Assembly (NCBI GenBank): GCA_028710385.1
Contig: JAQTUC010000002.1
Location: 1-28,859 of the forward strand
DNA from: Candidatus Omnitrophota bacterium
GTDB taxonomy: Bacteria; Omnitrophota; Gorgyraeia; Duberdicusellales; 4484-171
Direction of reading: 5' to 3'
Length of the DNA: 28,859 nt
The translations under genes and the position numbers were made by a program. The notes beneath the pieces were generated by a model that made no database searches, had not been told where the DNA came from, and was given only the letters and a program-made list of their open reading frames with translations. Positions 8,910-17,250 of the stretch are shown piece by piece. Each line of letters opens with the position of its first letter. Position 1 is the first letter of the stretch.

Positions 8910-9521
8910 TTAGTTCCTCATTTTTATTATGAATTGCGCCGCATCCGTAAAAACTCTTCCTTTTGAATTTTGCCTGGTGGCGGTAACATTTACCTCAATA
9001 ACATTAACCGGAGAAACCGGCCTTGTGAACTGAAGGCCCGTAATGTTACGCGCAAGAATAGACGTTGCCGCCGGCGTTGTCCTTACTATTTCTCCATTGG
9101 CATTTAAACTGTATGTAATTAGATCCGGGGACCATTCAATGCGGCCGGCGGAATTTAAAATAGTTCCGTCACTGTCAATGTCAGCCGGTATGGCGAAAGT
9201 AATGGTATTGCTTGTTGAGCCGCTTGCAAGGTTTGTCTGCGCGGCCTGAGTAAATTTAAGCTCTTTCTCCATAGGAATTACCGCCTTAACCAGTTCGCGC
9301 CGCAAAGAAACCTCAACGTCTCCGGTAAGCCAGGAATTAATCCCGCTGTTTAACACGAGAAAAGCCGCGGCAATAAGTATAAAAAAAATACACACAACCA
9401 CAAGCAGTTCCGCGAGAGTAAACCCTGTTAGAAAAATATGTTTTCGGGCGGCAAGCGCCTTACAAGATATTTTTACCGACTCTTTTGCGCGTTTTTCTAA
9501 CGGGGCAAAACTTCTTTTCAT
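8910..9521 (-). CDS. PilW-like prepilin, cassette 2, with a 33-aa leader caused by an in-frame repeat insertion
   Basis: LTG|FTLAELLVVVCIFFILIAAAF N-methylation motif. Confidence 0.85.
   Translation of the reverse strand: MKRSFAPLEKRAKESVKISCKALAARKHIFLTGFTLAELLVVVCIFFILIAAAFLVLNSGINSWLTGDVEVSLRRELVKAVIPMEKELKFTQAAQTNLASGSTSNTITFAIPADIDSDGTILNSAGRIEWSPDLITYSLNANGEIVRTTPAATSILARNITGLQFTRPVSPVNVIEVNVTATRQNSKGRVFTDAAQFIIKMRN
9420..9506. repeat. 87-bp palindromic element inside the prepilin leader
   Basis: Arms CCCTGTTAGAAAAA (9423-9436) and TTTTTCTAACGGGG (9492-9505); 9417-9435 is identical over 19 bp to 17165-17183. Confidence 0.85.
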
Positions 9522-9525
9522 AATT

Positions 9526-9966
9526 TTACCTGTTAGCTATCCTGGTTGTTAATTCTACCGGGGAATCTATTATGCCATTACCGTTTACATCTTCGCCGAC
9601 ATCAAGGTTTCCGTTTAAGTTTGAATCTTCGCCTATCACTCTTCCTCTGTGCCTGAAACAGGCACTTATGGTAATTTGCAAAAGCTCCGGGTTGGTATCG
9701 TCAACATATACAACGCCCATGCTTTCCGGTATGTCGTTAATTGTAAAATTCAGCCCGTTATAGTCATTCATTATTTCGGTAAATGGGGTGCTGCGTATTT
9801 CCTCCATAAGGGCCTGCGCCGCGTTTGTTGCAATGTTAATATTTTTATCGGTGTCAATAAGCATAAAACACGACAGGTAAGTCACCAGTATGCTGCTTAT
9901 GGCAATTATCAGTATGGCCAGGGCTATAAGCACTTCAATAATAGTAAAACTTTTTTTTGTTTTCAT
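9526..9966 (-). CDS. PilV-like prepilin, cassette 2
   Basis: KKS|FTIIEVLIALAILIIAISSIL; C-terminal DSNLNGNLD and DVNGNGIID loops. Confidence 0.85.
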   Translation of the reverse strand: MKTKKSFTIIEVLIALAILIIAISSILVTYLSCFMLIDTDKNINIATNAAQALMEEIRSTPFTEIMNDYNGLNFTINDIPESMGVVYVDDTNPELLQITISACFRHRGRVIGEDSNLNGNLDVGEDVNGNGIIDSPVELTTRIANR

Positions 9967-9974
9967 TGTTTTGT

Positions 9975-11027
9975 TTAAGGAATTATTTCATATGGATTCT
10001 GCTGTTCGTTCCAGGAAACCACCTGGACATCAGCGTCTATGCCGAGATTCCTGATTGCTGTCATATACTCCGCATTATAGGTTACAGTGGCATTTCCGTT
10101 TAAACGGGCCTCTTCTCCTGCCCATACTCCTCCGTCAACATTGAGCTGGCCTCCTCCGCCGTTTACGCGAAATTCCCCTCTTGTATATATTGCCCCGTCC
10201 ACTGTGCCGTTTCCATTTATTGTAGCATCATATGTTACATCCGGATTTGTGATAACGTCGCCTACAACAACAAAAAACCCGCCTATAGTTCCAATGTTGC
10301 CTCTAAGTTCCAAATTGCCTAAAACATAAACTACATTGGGCGTTCCCGTTGTTGGATCTGCCGGGTTTGAAGGCGGGCTATACCAGAAGTTTGAGGGAAA
10401 AGTCTGGCTGCCTGTTGCCTGGTTTACAAGTTTACCGGAAGCATTATATGCGTACACGTTAGACTGGGCTTCGGCTACAGTTAAAAGCTGACTAAAGCTT
10501 AATTTTGCCAAAGGATTGATTGAAGCATCCTGGACAATATCACCGTGGACATTGCTTGTGTTATCAATCTGGTCAGCATAGCGTATTTTTCCCGTAACAT
10601 CGTAAGCGTCGCCGTTTAGGTTGACGTCTCCGGCGCTGTAAATAGCGTTTTCGTAGAAATTAGGCGGAATGGCTTTTGACACAACCACCTCAAGAACCCG
10701 TGTAATCCTTGCCGTTCCTGTTGCGGGAATAAACCCCCGCGCGATAACTCTTCTGTTTGAGCCTTCCACAGTAACATCGCAACTATAACCTCCAACGCCA
10801 AGAGAAGTCTCCCACAGGCCGGTTCCGCTCTGTGAATAACTGCTTCTAAGTTCATGCATGGCGCGGTTAACGCCAGCTTCAGCAAGCCAGAATGCCTGGA
10901 TAAATTCTTCGTTTCTTTCCGCAAGGCGGTTTTCAGAGATGCTGCGAAGTAAAATTCCTATAGCCATAACCCCCAGAACAACAGCCATAAAAATAGCCAC
11001 AATTAAAACTGAACCTTTTTTAGTCAT
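9975..11027 (-). CDS. PilX-like minor pilin, cassette 1
   Basis: TKKG|SVLIVAIFMAVVL; AFWLAEAGVNRA. Confidence 0.8.
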   Translation of the reverse strand: MTKKGSVLIVAIFMAVVLGVMAIGILLRSISENRLAERNEEFIQAFWLAEAGVNRAMHELRSSYSQSGTGLWETSLGVGGYSCDVTVEGSNRRVIARGFIPATGTARITRVLEVVVSKAIPPNFYENAIYSAGDVNLNGDAYDVTGKIRYADQIDNTSNVHGDIVQDASINPLAKLSFSQLLTVAEAQSNVYAYNASGKLVNQATGSQTFPSNFWYSPPSNPADPTTGTPNVVYVLGNLELRGNIGTIGGFFVVVGDVITNPDVTYDATINGNGTVDGAIYTRGEFRVNGGGGQLNVDGGVWAGEEARLNGNATVTYNAEYMTAIRNLGIDADVQVVSWNEQQNPYEIIP

Positions 11028-11529
11028 TGCGCAGCCTCACTTTTTCCAGTAAATCAAATTGCAGAACTCTTTGCCGCGCGGTTCTGCTTGCGGCAACGCG
11101 CACATTTAAAACATTTGTGCAGGCTACCGAGCAGCTGTCGGTTGCGGCGTTCCAGCAAAAACATAAATTATTTATATCGTTAGTCAAATATCTTTTTGTG
11201 CCAGCAGGGTGTTCTCTTACGGTGCGAGTTACTCCGTTTACGGTTTCCAAATAATAACTTATGGGGTTTGTGCTTCCCTGGACATTAAATGTAATTTTCG
11301 CACCGCTTAAAGCCGCATCCAAAACAATTGTGTCCGGATCGCCTTGCCTTATTTCCCTGGACATCGCATCTATCACATATCTTACTGTCTGCTGCAACTG
11401 CGCATACGCCATGTCTTCATACCAGATTCTGTCAGCAGCATTTAAAACTCCGAGTATGGCGGCAGCGATTAAAACAAAAATCGCAATGCTTATTAAAACT
11501 TCAATAAGGGTTGTGCCTCTTTTAAACAT
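11020..11529 (-). CDS. PilW-like prepilin, cassette 1
   Basis: KRG|TTLIEVLISIAIFVLIAAAIL...LQQTVRYVIDAMSREIRQG. Confidence 0.85.
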   Translation of the reverse strand: MFKRGTTLIEVLISIAIFVLIAAAILGVLNAADRIWYEDMAYAQLQQTVRYVIDAMSREIRQGDPDTIVLDAALSGAKITFNVQGSTNPISYYLETVNGVTRTVREHPAGTKRYLTNDINNLCFCWNAATDSCSVACTNVLNVRVAASRTARQRVLQFDLLEKVRLRND

Positions 11530-11542
11530 AATACACTTATTG

Positions 11543-12004
11543 CTATGGTTCTGTGATTAAAGTTTCAAGCGGCATTGATTTATTTCTGGACCTGTCTGTC
11601 CAGTTCACCGTAACAAGCACATCCAGCAATTCGCTGGTTGCTGTGGGCGCTTCGCCGGTTGAGGCATCAGAAACAGTAACTGTTATGGCCTCGTTAGTAA
11701 GGTAAAAAAGGTCCCTGTTCTGGAAATCGCTCGTTGCGCTTAAATTCCATTGGCCGGCCCCGGTTGTTCTAAGGTTGTTAAAACCGTTTATCGTTGATGC
11801 GCTGTCTTTTATCTCTTCCATAATATATTGGGCATGTGTTGCTGCTATGGACAAATTCCGGCTTATTTCATTTAATAATATACACGCAATAAAACTGGTT
11901 AAAAGCCCTGCGAAAATAACAGTCAGAAATACCGCTATAAGCATAAGCTCTGCCAGGGTAAAACTTTTTGCCGATAAAATCTTCTTTTTTGTCTTCATAT
12001 TCAT
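11543..12004 (-). CDS. PilV-like prepilin, cassette 1
   Basis: AKS|FTLAELMLIAVFLTVIFAGLL...ATHAQYIMEEIK...VTVNWTD. Confidence 0.82.
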   Translation of the reverse strand: MNMKTKKKILSAKSFTLAELMLIAVFLTVIFAGLLTSFIACILLNEISRNLSIAATHAQYIMEEIKDSASTINGFNNLRTTGAGQWNLSATSDFQNRDLFYLTNEAITVTVSDASTGEAPTATSELLDVLVTVNWTDRSRNKSMPLETLITEP

Positions 12005-12046
12005 TTCTTTTTAATTTAATAATAGAAATGGAAGGCTCTCTATTAG

Positions 12047-12075
12047 ATTATAGAATAATTTAGCCAAACAAACAA
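12047..12075 (-). promoter_or_regulatory. Candidate sigma70 promoter of the minor pilin operon
   Basis: TTGTTT (12075-12070)-N17-TATAAT (12052-12047). Confidence 0.45.
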
Positions 12076-12137
12076 CCGTAAAATAGTAATGTTTCCAAGC
12101 AAAACAAAACTTCTAAAATATTTAATACTACGCGGGG

Positions 12138-13667
12138 CTAAACCCACAGGTTTTTGTCCAAAGACCTGTATTGTATTGCCTCGGAAATATCCTCGGCAGA
12201 AATATTAGCTCTTCCAGCGAGGTCGGCGATTGTCCTTGAAACCTTAAGTATTTTGTCATAAGCTCTGGCGCTGAAACTAAAATGCGAGATTGCCATTTTA
12301 AGCAATTCCTGAGCAGGGCCCTCAAGGGTGCAGAATTTACGCAGCTGCCGGTTATTCATCTGGGAATTAAAAAATATTTTCTCATCCTTAAATCTTCGTT
12401 CCTGTATGCTGCGGACATTTTCAACCCTGTCTTTTATTGACTCTGAGCTTTCCGCTTTAAAATCAGCGGATATAAGGTCTTCTGTGCTGATTGCCGAGAG
12501 CTCAAGATGAATATCTATCCTGTCTAACAGGGGCCCTGAAATTTTATTTCTATATTTTTGTATCTGGTAACTTGTACAATGGCAGGATTTCTCTTTTGAG
12601 CCGAAATAGCCGCACGGGCAGGGGTTCATTGCGGCCGCAAATAAAAAACGCGAGGGGAATTTAAGATGCCTGGCTGCTCTTGATATGTTTATTGAACCGT
12701 CTTCAAGCGGCTGCCTTAAAGCTTCCAAAGCATCCCTGCCAAATTCCGGAAGCTCGTCAAGGAAAAGCACTCCGTTATGGGAAAGAGTTATTTCTCCCGG
12801 CTTAATATTTGTCCCTCCTCCAACCAAAGCAACACCTGAAGATGTGTGATGCGGCGAACGAAACGGCCTTTCCTTTACTACCGGCTGTGTTTTATCAAGC
12901 AACCCGGCTATGCTGTAAATTTTGGTAACTTCAAGGCTCTCCTCAAGCGCCATGTCCGGCAGAATTGTAGGAAGGCGGCGCGCCAGCATGGTTTTGCCAA
13001 CCCCTGGCGCTCCAAGTAAGATTGCGTTGTGCATTCCTGCTGCCGCAACCTCAAGAGCCCTTTTGGCAAAAGACTGGCCCTTAACTTCTGAAAAATCAAC
13101 CTCATATCTGGTTTTTACAGAAGTTAAATCAACTGTTTCGGCGCGGAAAGGCTTTTTTTCAATTGTACCGCAGAGAAAAGACACAGCTTCGTTAAGGCTC
13201 TTTACAGGATAAACATCCAGCCCGCAGACAAGCGCTGCTTCGCCGGCATTTTCCTGGGGAACAATGATTTTTTTATTCTTTGCTTTTGCGTATAGCGCCA
13301 TGGGGAAAACCCCGCTTACGGGCTTAACTAAGCCTTCCAGAGAGAGCTCCCCTATTATGAAATAAGAAGAAACATTGAAATGAATTTGAGCGGAAGAAGA
13401 AAGAATGCCAAGCGCAATAGCCAGGTCAAAATGAGTGCCTTCTTTTTTAACGTTTGCGGGTGCCAGATTTATGGTTATTTTTTGGGAAGGAAATTCAAAA
13501 CCGCTGTTTTTTATCCCTGAACGCAGCCGGTCCCTGCTCTCGCGTACCGCTATGTCGCAAAGCCCGATTAAGGAAACTGCGGGAAGGCCCCTTTGGACAT
13601 CAACCTCAACAGAAACCGGATAGACATCCAAGCCAAGGCTGCCTAAGGAAGTTGTCTTAGAAACCAC
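12138..13667 (-). CDS. comM: YifB/ComM Mg-chelatase-like AAA+ ATPase
   Basis: INLAPANVKKEGTHFDLAIA, GAPGVGKTM, RPFRSPHHT, PGEITLSHNGVLFLDELPEF, MNPCPCG, SGPLLDRID, SARAYDKILKVSRTIADL. Confidence 0.93.
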   Translation of the reverse strand: MVSKTTSLGSLGLDVYPVSVEVDVQRGLPAVSLIGLCDIAVRESRDRLRSGIKNSGFEFPSQKITINLAPANVKKEGTHFDLAIALGILSSSAQIHFNVSSYFIIGELSLEGLVKPVSGVFPMALYAKAKNKKIIVPQENAGEAALVCGLDVYPVKSLNEAVSFLCGTIEKKPFRAETVDLTSVKTRYEVDFSEVKGQSFAKRALEVAAAGMHNAILLGAPGVGKTMLARRLPTILPDMALEESLEVTKIYSIAGLLDKTQPVVKERPFRSPHHTSSGVALVGGGTNIKPGEITLSHNGVLFLDELPEFGRDALEALRQPLEDGSINISRAARHLKFPSRFLFAAAMNPCPCGYFGSKEKSCHCTSYQIQKYRNKISGPLLDRIDIHLELSAISTEDLISADFKAESSESIKDRVENVRSIQERRFKDEKIFFNSQMNNRQLRKFCTLEGPAQELLKMAISHFSFSARAYDKILKVSRTIADLAGRANISAEDISEAIQYRSLDKNLWV

Positions 13668-13774
13668 TTTGATATCCCCTGTAGTTTAGCGATAATTTGG
13701 CTGCGCTCTGTTGATTTATTTATGCGTAATCCTGAAGGCCAGCAAGTGAAATTTAAGCGGGTCCTATGGTGCGG

Positions 13775-14131
13775 TTATTTCTCCACGCAAAGCATCTTTT
13801 CAATTATTGAATTTATGGCATTGCGGTCTTCTTTGCTTATCTCGCAGAATTCAATACCTGTGTCGTGGTAAAGAATTCCTTTTCTGTACGGGCTTTTTTT
13901 GTCAACAACCCACACGATTTTACCCTGACAGGATATCTTGTTTTCTTTAAGGTGTATTTCCATGCCGACGAAACTTCCGGCTTCCATTCTTTCTCCGATT
14001 ATAACGCGCACTCCTCCGGCGGAAATATTTTCTGTATGCGTGGAAATTGAGTGTTCCGGGAAATTGTGGATAAGTATCTTGCAGGGGAATCTCGCTCTTA
14101 TAAATTTTCTTTTTTCTATGCCTTCATACAT
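13775..14131 (-). CDS. Stand-alone PilZ domain protein
   Basis: RxxxR (RKFIR) and NxSxGG (NISAGG) c-di-GMP motifs intact; GKIVWV, GIEF. Confidence 0.9.
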   Translation of the reverse strand: MYEGIEKRKFIRARFPCKILIHNFPEHSISTHTENISAGGVRVIIGERMEAGSFVGMEIHLKENKISCQGKIVWVVDKKSPYRKGILYHDTGIEFCEISKEDRNAINSIIEKMLCVEK

Positions 14132-14409
14132 AAAAGCGCTCTTTCTTAAAAGCCTATTTCTTCTTTAAACTTTTTAACCTGTATTTTTGCAGCTGTTGTT
14201 TTTCCCTGAGTAATCGCGGAATGTTTTTCTGCCGGTTTGTATTTTTTTCTCTAGACATATTCGTAAAAGCGGATTTAAATGTTCGGCCGGGAGCTTCCAT
14301 GCCTTCCTGGCACTTAAGTATAATGCTTAATTAAATTTTACATCTTATTGGGTAATTTTCAACCCAAATCTTTAAGCATTAAAACTAAAGGCGCAACGAA
14401 ACAGGCCGG

Positions 14410-15012
14410 TTAGCGGGTATGCGTGACAACTATCTTTTCAAGCTGTATGATTTTTTCGCGGGAAAAAGTGGTTTTTCCGCCTTTGGTTATAAACCCCTGA
14501 TTGCCTAATTCCATTTTGACCTTGTCCACTTCCTGCTGGGCCTTTACTTTTAAATCCCTTATCCTTTGGCCTAGCTCTTTAAGGCACCTCGTTCTTCTTT
14601 CGGCAACCAGCTTTTTCTCATCTAGGCTGGTGATTTTTCCTTCCCACAATCTAAGTTCTCCCGTAAGCTTGTTTATATCGTCATTAAGCGCGGCATTTTT
14701 TTGCTTTAAAGACTCATTTTCGCCTTTGGCAGCATTAAGCATTTCCTGCGTTTGGGCTAATTTTGCTTTTATCTGAATCAGTTCGCCCATAAGCGTGTCC
14801 TTATCATAATTTACAGCAACAAAAGTGCCCTTCTTATCCTTGAATTTATCGCCCAAATCCACGCTTACTGTTTCGCTTTGAGCAGCGCCCAGCGCCATTT
14901 TAAGAGAACGTATAATTTTGTGCTGATAAACAATCAAAATTACAGCCAGAATTATTATTGCTATCAATAAAATCAATGCCCCTTTGCCGGAATTTTCTTT
15001 TTTGGAACTCAT
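14410..15012 (-). CDS. Membrane-anchored coiled-coil hypothetical protein
   Basis: One N-terminal TM followed by long heptad-rich helices; SD GGAGGG. Confidence 0.75.
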   Translation of the reverse strand: MSSKKENSGKGALILLIAIIILAVILIVYQHKIIRSLKMALGAAQSETVSVDLGDKFKDKKGTFVAVNYDKDTLMGELIQIKAKLAQTQEMLNAAKGENESLKQKNAALNDDINKLTGELRLWEGKITSLDEKKLVAERRTRCLKELGQRIRDLKVKAQQEVDKVKMELGNQGFITKGGKTTFSREKIIQLEKIVVTHTR

Positions 15013-15037
15013 AAATACCCTCCGATTTAATTGTTAT

Positions 15038-15065
15038 ATTGTAAGCCTATATTGCGATCTGTCAA
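15038..15065 (-). promoter_or_regulatory. Candidate sigma70 promoter for 14410-15012
   Basis: TTGACA (15065-15060)-N16-TACAAT (15043-15038). Confidence 0.6.
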
Positions 15066-15172
15066 TGAAGAATTTAGATGCTGGCTATTGCCATAAAACG
15101 GGAAAACAGCAGCATAAACCCTTGATTTTACAGACAAATACGGGTTTTTATCCTGATTTAATCGTGAACTGC

Positions 15173-15201
15173 TTGCCAGAGCAGGTTTTGTATGATATAA
15201 C
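15173..15201 (+). promoter_or_regulatory. Candidate sigma70 promoter with extended -10
   Basis: TTGCCA (15173-15178)-N17-TATAAC (15196-15201), preceded by TG-A. Confidence 0.65.
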
Positions 15202-15225
15202 TAATTCCAGCCAAAAGGAGGGCAC

Positions 15226-15390
15226 ATGGGAAGATATAAAGAAAAATTAAAAAGGATTCACAGGAAAAAGATGAGAAAAGCCAAGGCAGCAGTAAGGCTA
15301 TATTACAAAAAAGAAATAGCTTATGAAAAATTAAACGCTTTGGCTAAAAAGTTCCTTGCGAAAAGAAAAAGAAAAGAAAAGAAAGCTTAA
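15226..15390 (+). CDS. Small basic hypothetical protein (54 aa), not in the ORF track
   Basis: MGRYKEKLKRIHRKKMRKAKAAVRLYYKKEIAYEKLNALAKKFLAKRKRKEKKA; SD AAGGAGGG; own promoter. Confidence 0.7.
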   Translation: MGRYKEKLKRIHRKKMRKAKAAVRLYYKKEIAYEKLNALAKKFLAKRKRKEKKA

Positions 15391-15665
15391 TCTCCGAATT
15401 TATAATGCTTTTTGACTTTCTTTTTGATATTCCACCTGCATTTAAGCCCTTTCGGAAAAACAACCAGGTCGCCTTTTATTATTTTTACCTTGCTGTTATC
15501 TGCAAGCTCTATCTCAACGTCCCCTTCCAGGAATAAACAGGTTTCTTTTTCGTCGTAAAACCAGTCAAAGGCGCTTACCTCTTTCTCCCAAATAGGCCAC
15601 GAGCGTACGCCTAAATTATTTAAGTCTTCCCGGCTTGGCTTCTTAACTTCAATCTCCAAAGCCAT
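15387..15665 (-). CDS. Cupin domain protein (DUF861 / cupin_3-like)
   Basis: WPIWEKEVSAFDWFYDEKETCLFLEG...GDLVVFPKGLKCRW. Confidence 0.9.
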   Translation of the reverse strand: MALEIEVKKPSREDLNNLGVRSWPIWEKEVSAFDWFYDEKETCLFLEGDVEIELADNSKVKIIKGDLVVFPKGLKCRWNIKKKVKKHYKFGD

Positions 15666-15671
15666 ACTCTG

Positions 15672-16055
15672 CTATTTTCCTTTCTTTTCCAGCAAATCCA
15701 GTATCTTGTTGATTTTATCAACAAGCGGAATCAAAACATCGCCCTTGCGCAGCCGGATTCTCAGCGAATGCTTGCCTTTGATTACCTCATCCAGTATATC
15801 TTCCATACGCGAAAGAGCACCAAAACCTTTATGCAGAATAAATGCCATGGTAATTAAAAGAATAAGCAGTATTGCGCCGAAGTTAAGCTGAAAAACCATA
15901 TAAGCCACGTCTCCGCTTATATCCACATCTCTCCATCCCAGGGTCTTTATGGAAACATAAGCGTTAAGGAAAAAAGAGACAATGACCATTGCCAGGACAA
16001 GCCTGATAAATTTAAACTGAATAGGTATCCTAAGCCGCGGGATTCTCCTTCTCAT
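15672..16055 (-). CDS. Small 2-TM + HAMP-like membrane protein
   Basis: Two TM helices, then LSRMEDILDEVIKG...IRLRKGDVLIPLVDKIN. Start re-called at ATG 16055 after SD AAGGAGGT. Confidence 0.7.
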   Translation of the reverse strand: MRRRIPRLRIPIQFKFIRLVLAMVIVSFFLNAYVSIKTLGWRDVDISGDVAYMVFQLNFGAILLILLITMAFILHKGFGALSRMEDILDEVIKGKHSLRIRLRKGDVLIPLVDKINKILDLLEKKGK

Positions 16056-16080
16056 GTCAACCTCCTTTTTAATGAGCACA

Positions 16081-16293
16081 TTATTTTTTCAAGTGCACCG
16101 GCACGCAGAAAAAATTATAGTGCGAATTAACCCAGCACTAATTTTTGTAACAACCTTATTTATTTATATCAAAGATTTATACCAAGAAAATCTTTTGAAC
16201 TTATTTCAAAATATGTTTTCAAAAATTAGTGCTGGGTTAAATTCAGCCTAACATTTTTCTGTGTCGTCTAGCGACTTGGAAAAATGTTGGCTT
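16081..16293. repeat. Inverted doublet of REP-like elements (REPIN/BIME-like)
   Basis: 16124-16147 is inverted to 16220-16244 with one indel; each copy is flanked outward by a related hairpin TTTTTCTG..ACTTGRAAAA; AT-rich spacer. Confidence 0.8.
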
Positions 16294-16296
16294 CAT

Positions 16297-16608
16297 TTAA
16301 TAATTCAAGGAAAATATTTGGTTATAATAACTTGATATTGACCTTATGGAATTCATAAGCACAACACCCAGAGCAATGCTTACAGCAAGAACAACAACCG
16401 TAATAATTATTTTTTTATCGCGGGAAAGACTTGGCTTAAGCCATATCAGGGGCAGCATTAAAGGCCCCACGCACAAGAAAGCAATAATCAGAAAAGATGT
16501 GCCTAAATACCATTTCTCCTGCGTTTTCTTAACCAGAAATTCACCGCAGAAACGGCACTTTACAGCCTCATCCTGTATGGTTTCTGCGCAATAAGGGCAC
16601 TTTTTCAT
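16297..16608 (-). CDS. Zinc-ribbon + 2-TM membrane protein
   Basis: [20 protein letters not shown] followed by two hydrophobic segments. Confidence 0.85.
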   Translation of the reverse strand: MKKCPYCAETIQDEAVKCRFCGEFLVKKTQEKWYLGTSFLIIAFLCVGPLMLPLIWLKPSLSRDKKIIITVVVLAVSIALGVVLMNSIRSISSYYNQIFSLNY

Positions 16609-16656
16609 ATTTATTTTATTATACTCTAAATTTTAACATGCGGTAGTGAATTTTAG

Positions 16657-17094
16657 TTATTCGTTAATGTTTTTTTGTCCATTTTGATAGACAGCTTCCG
16701 GATATAATCCTTTTTCGGCCATTTCAGCTTCTATCATATAGACCTTTTCTGCCTGGAACAAATAATCGGCATACTCAACGGAATTGTAGTTTGCATTGTT
16801 TAATTCCTGCTTTTCTTCTTCCTCCAGCTTTTTTCGCTCATCACCCAGATTAAATTCCAGGCGGCTTTGCAGCTGGTCGCTGTGCTCGGCATCTCTTAAA
16901 AGCCTGTCCTTTACTTCTTCGTGTATGTCGTTTCTTCCGGAAATTTCTGAAATACTAAGGCAGCCTTCAAGCCTTTCCAGCATCTGCTTACGGAATTGTA
17001 TAACCTTAAGTTTCATTTCCTGTTTATGTATCCACATACCTTCAAGCTTTTTACGCTCTTCAAAATATATTTTTTTCAATAATTCAATATACAT
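16657..17094 (-). CDS. Hypothetical charged helical protein, just outside the island
   Basis: 145-codon ORF with SD AAGGAGGG; no recognisable motif. Confidence 0.65.
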   Translation of the reverse strand: MYIELLKKIYFEERKKLEGMWIHKQEMKLKVIQFRKQMLERLEGCLSISEISGRNDIHEEVKDRLLRDAEHSDQLQSRLEFNLGDERKKLEEEEKQELNNANYNSVEYADYLFQAEKVYMIEAEMAEKGLYPEAVYQNGQKNINE

Positions 17095-17164
17095 AAACCC
17101 TCCTTTGTGTGAATTTTTATATTATAAACGGAATTTATGGCTGTCCTGGCAGTTAAAACTTTGA

Positions 17165-17203
17165 AGTAAACCCTGTTAGAAAACATCATTTTTCTAACAG
17201 GGT
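17165..17203. repeat. Perfect 14-bp hairpin after the attR tRNA fragment; probable original tRNA terminator and member of the CTAACRGGG repeat family
   Basis: ACCCTGTTAGAAAA (17170-17183) / TTTTCTAACAGGGT (17190-17203). Confidence 0.75.
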
Positions 17204-17205
17204 AA

Positions 17206-17250
17206 ATGGCGGCGAGTGGATTTGAACCACCGACGCAACGGGTATGAGCC
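17206..17250 (-). repeat. att site: duplicated 3' half of tRNA-Met
   Basis: ATGGCGGCGAGTGGATTTGAACCACCGACGCAACGGGTATGAGCC, identical to 24968-25012. Confidence 0.95.

Noticed and set aside
14154-14258. 34-aa basic ORF MSREKNTNRQ... on the - strand
   Set aside because: No SD; composition is explained by the A-rich strand.
14285-14315. GCCAGG...GGAAGC resembling SRP RNA or a riboswitch
   Set aside because: The central GNRA stem-loop cannot form and no flanking long helix is present.
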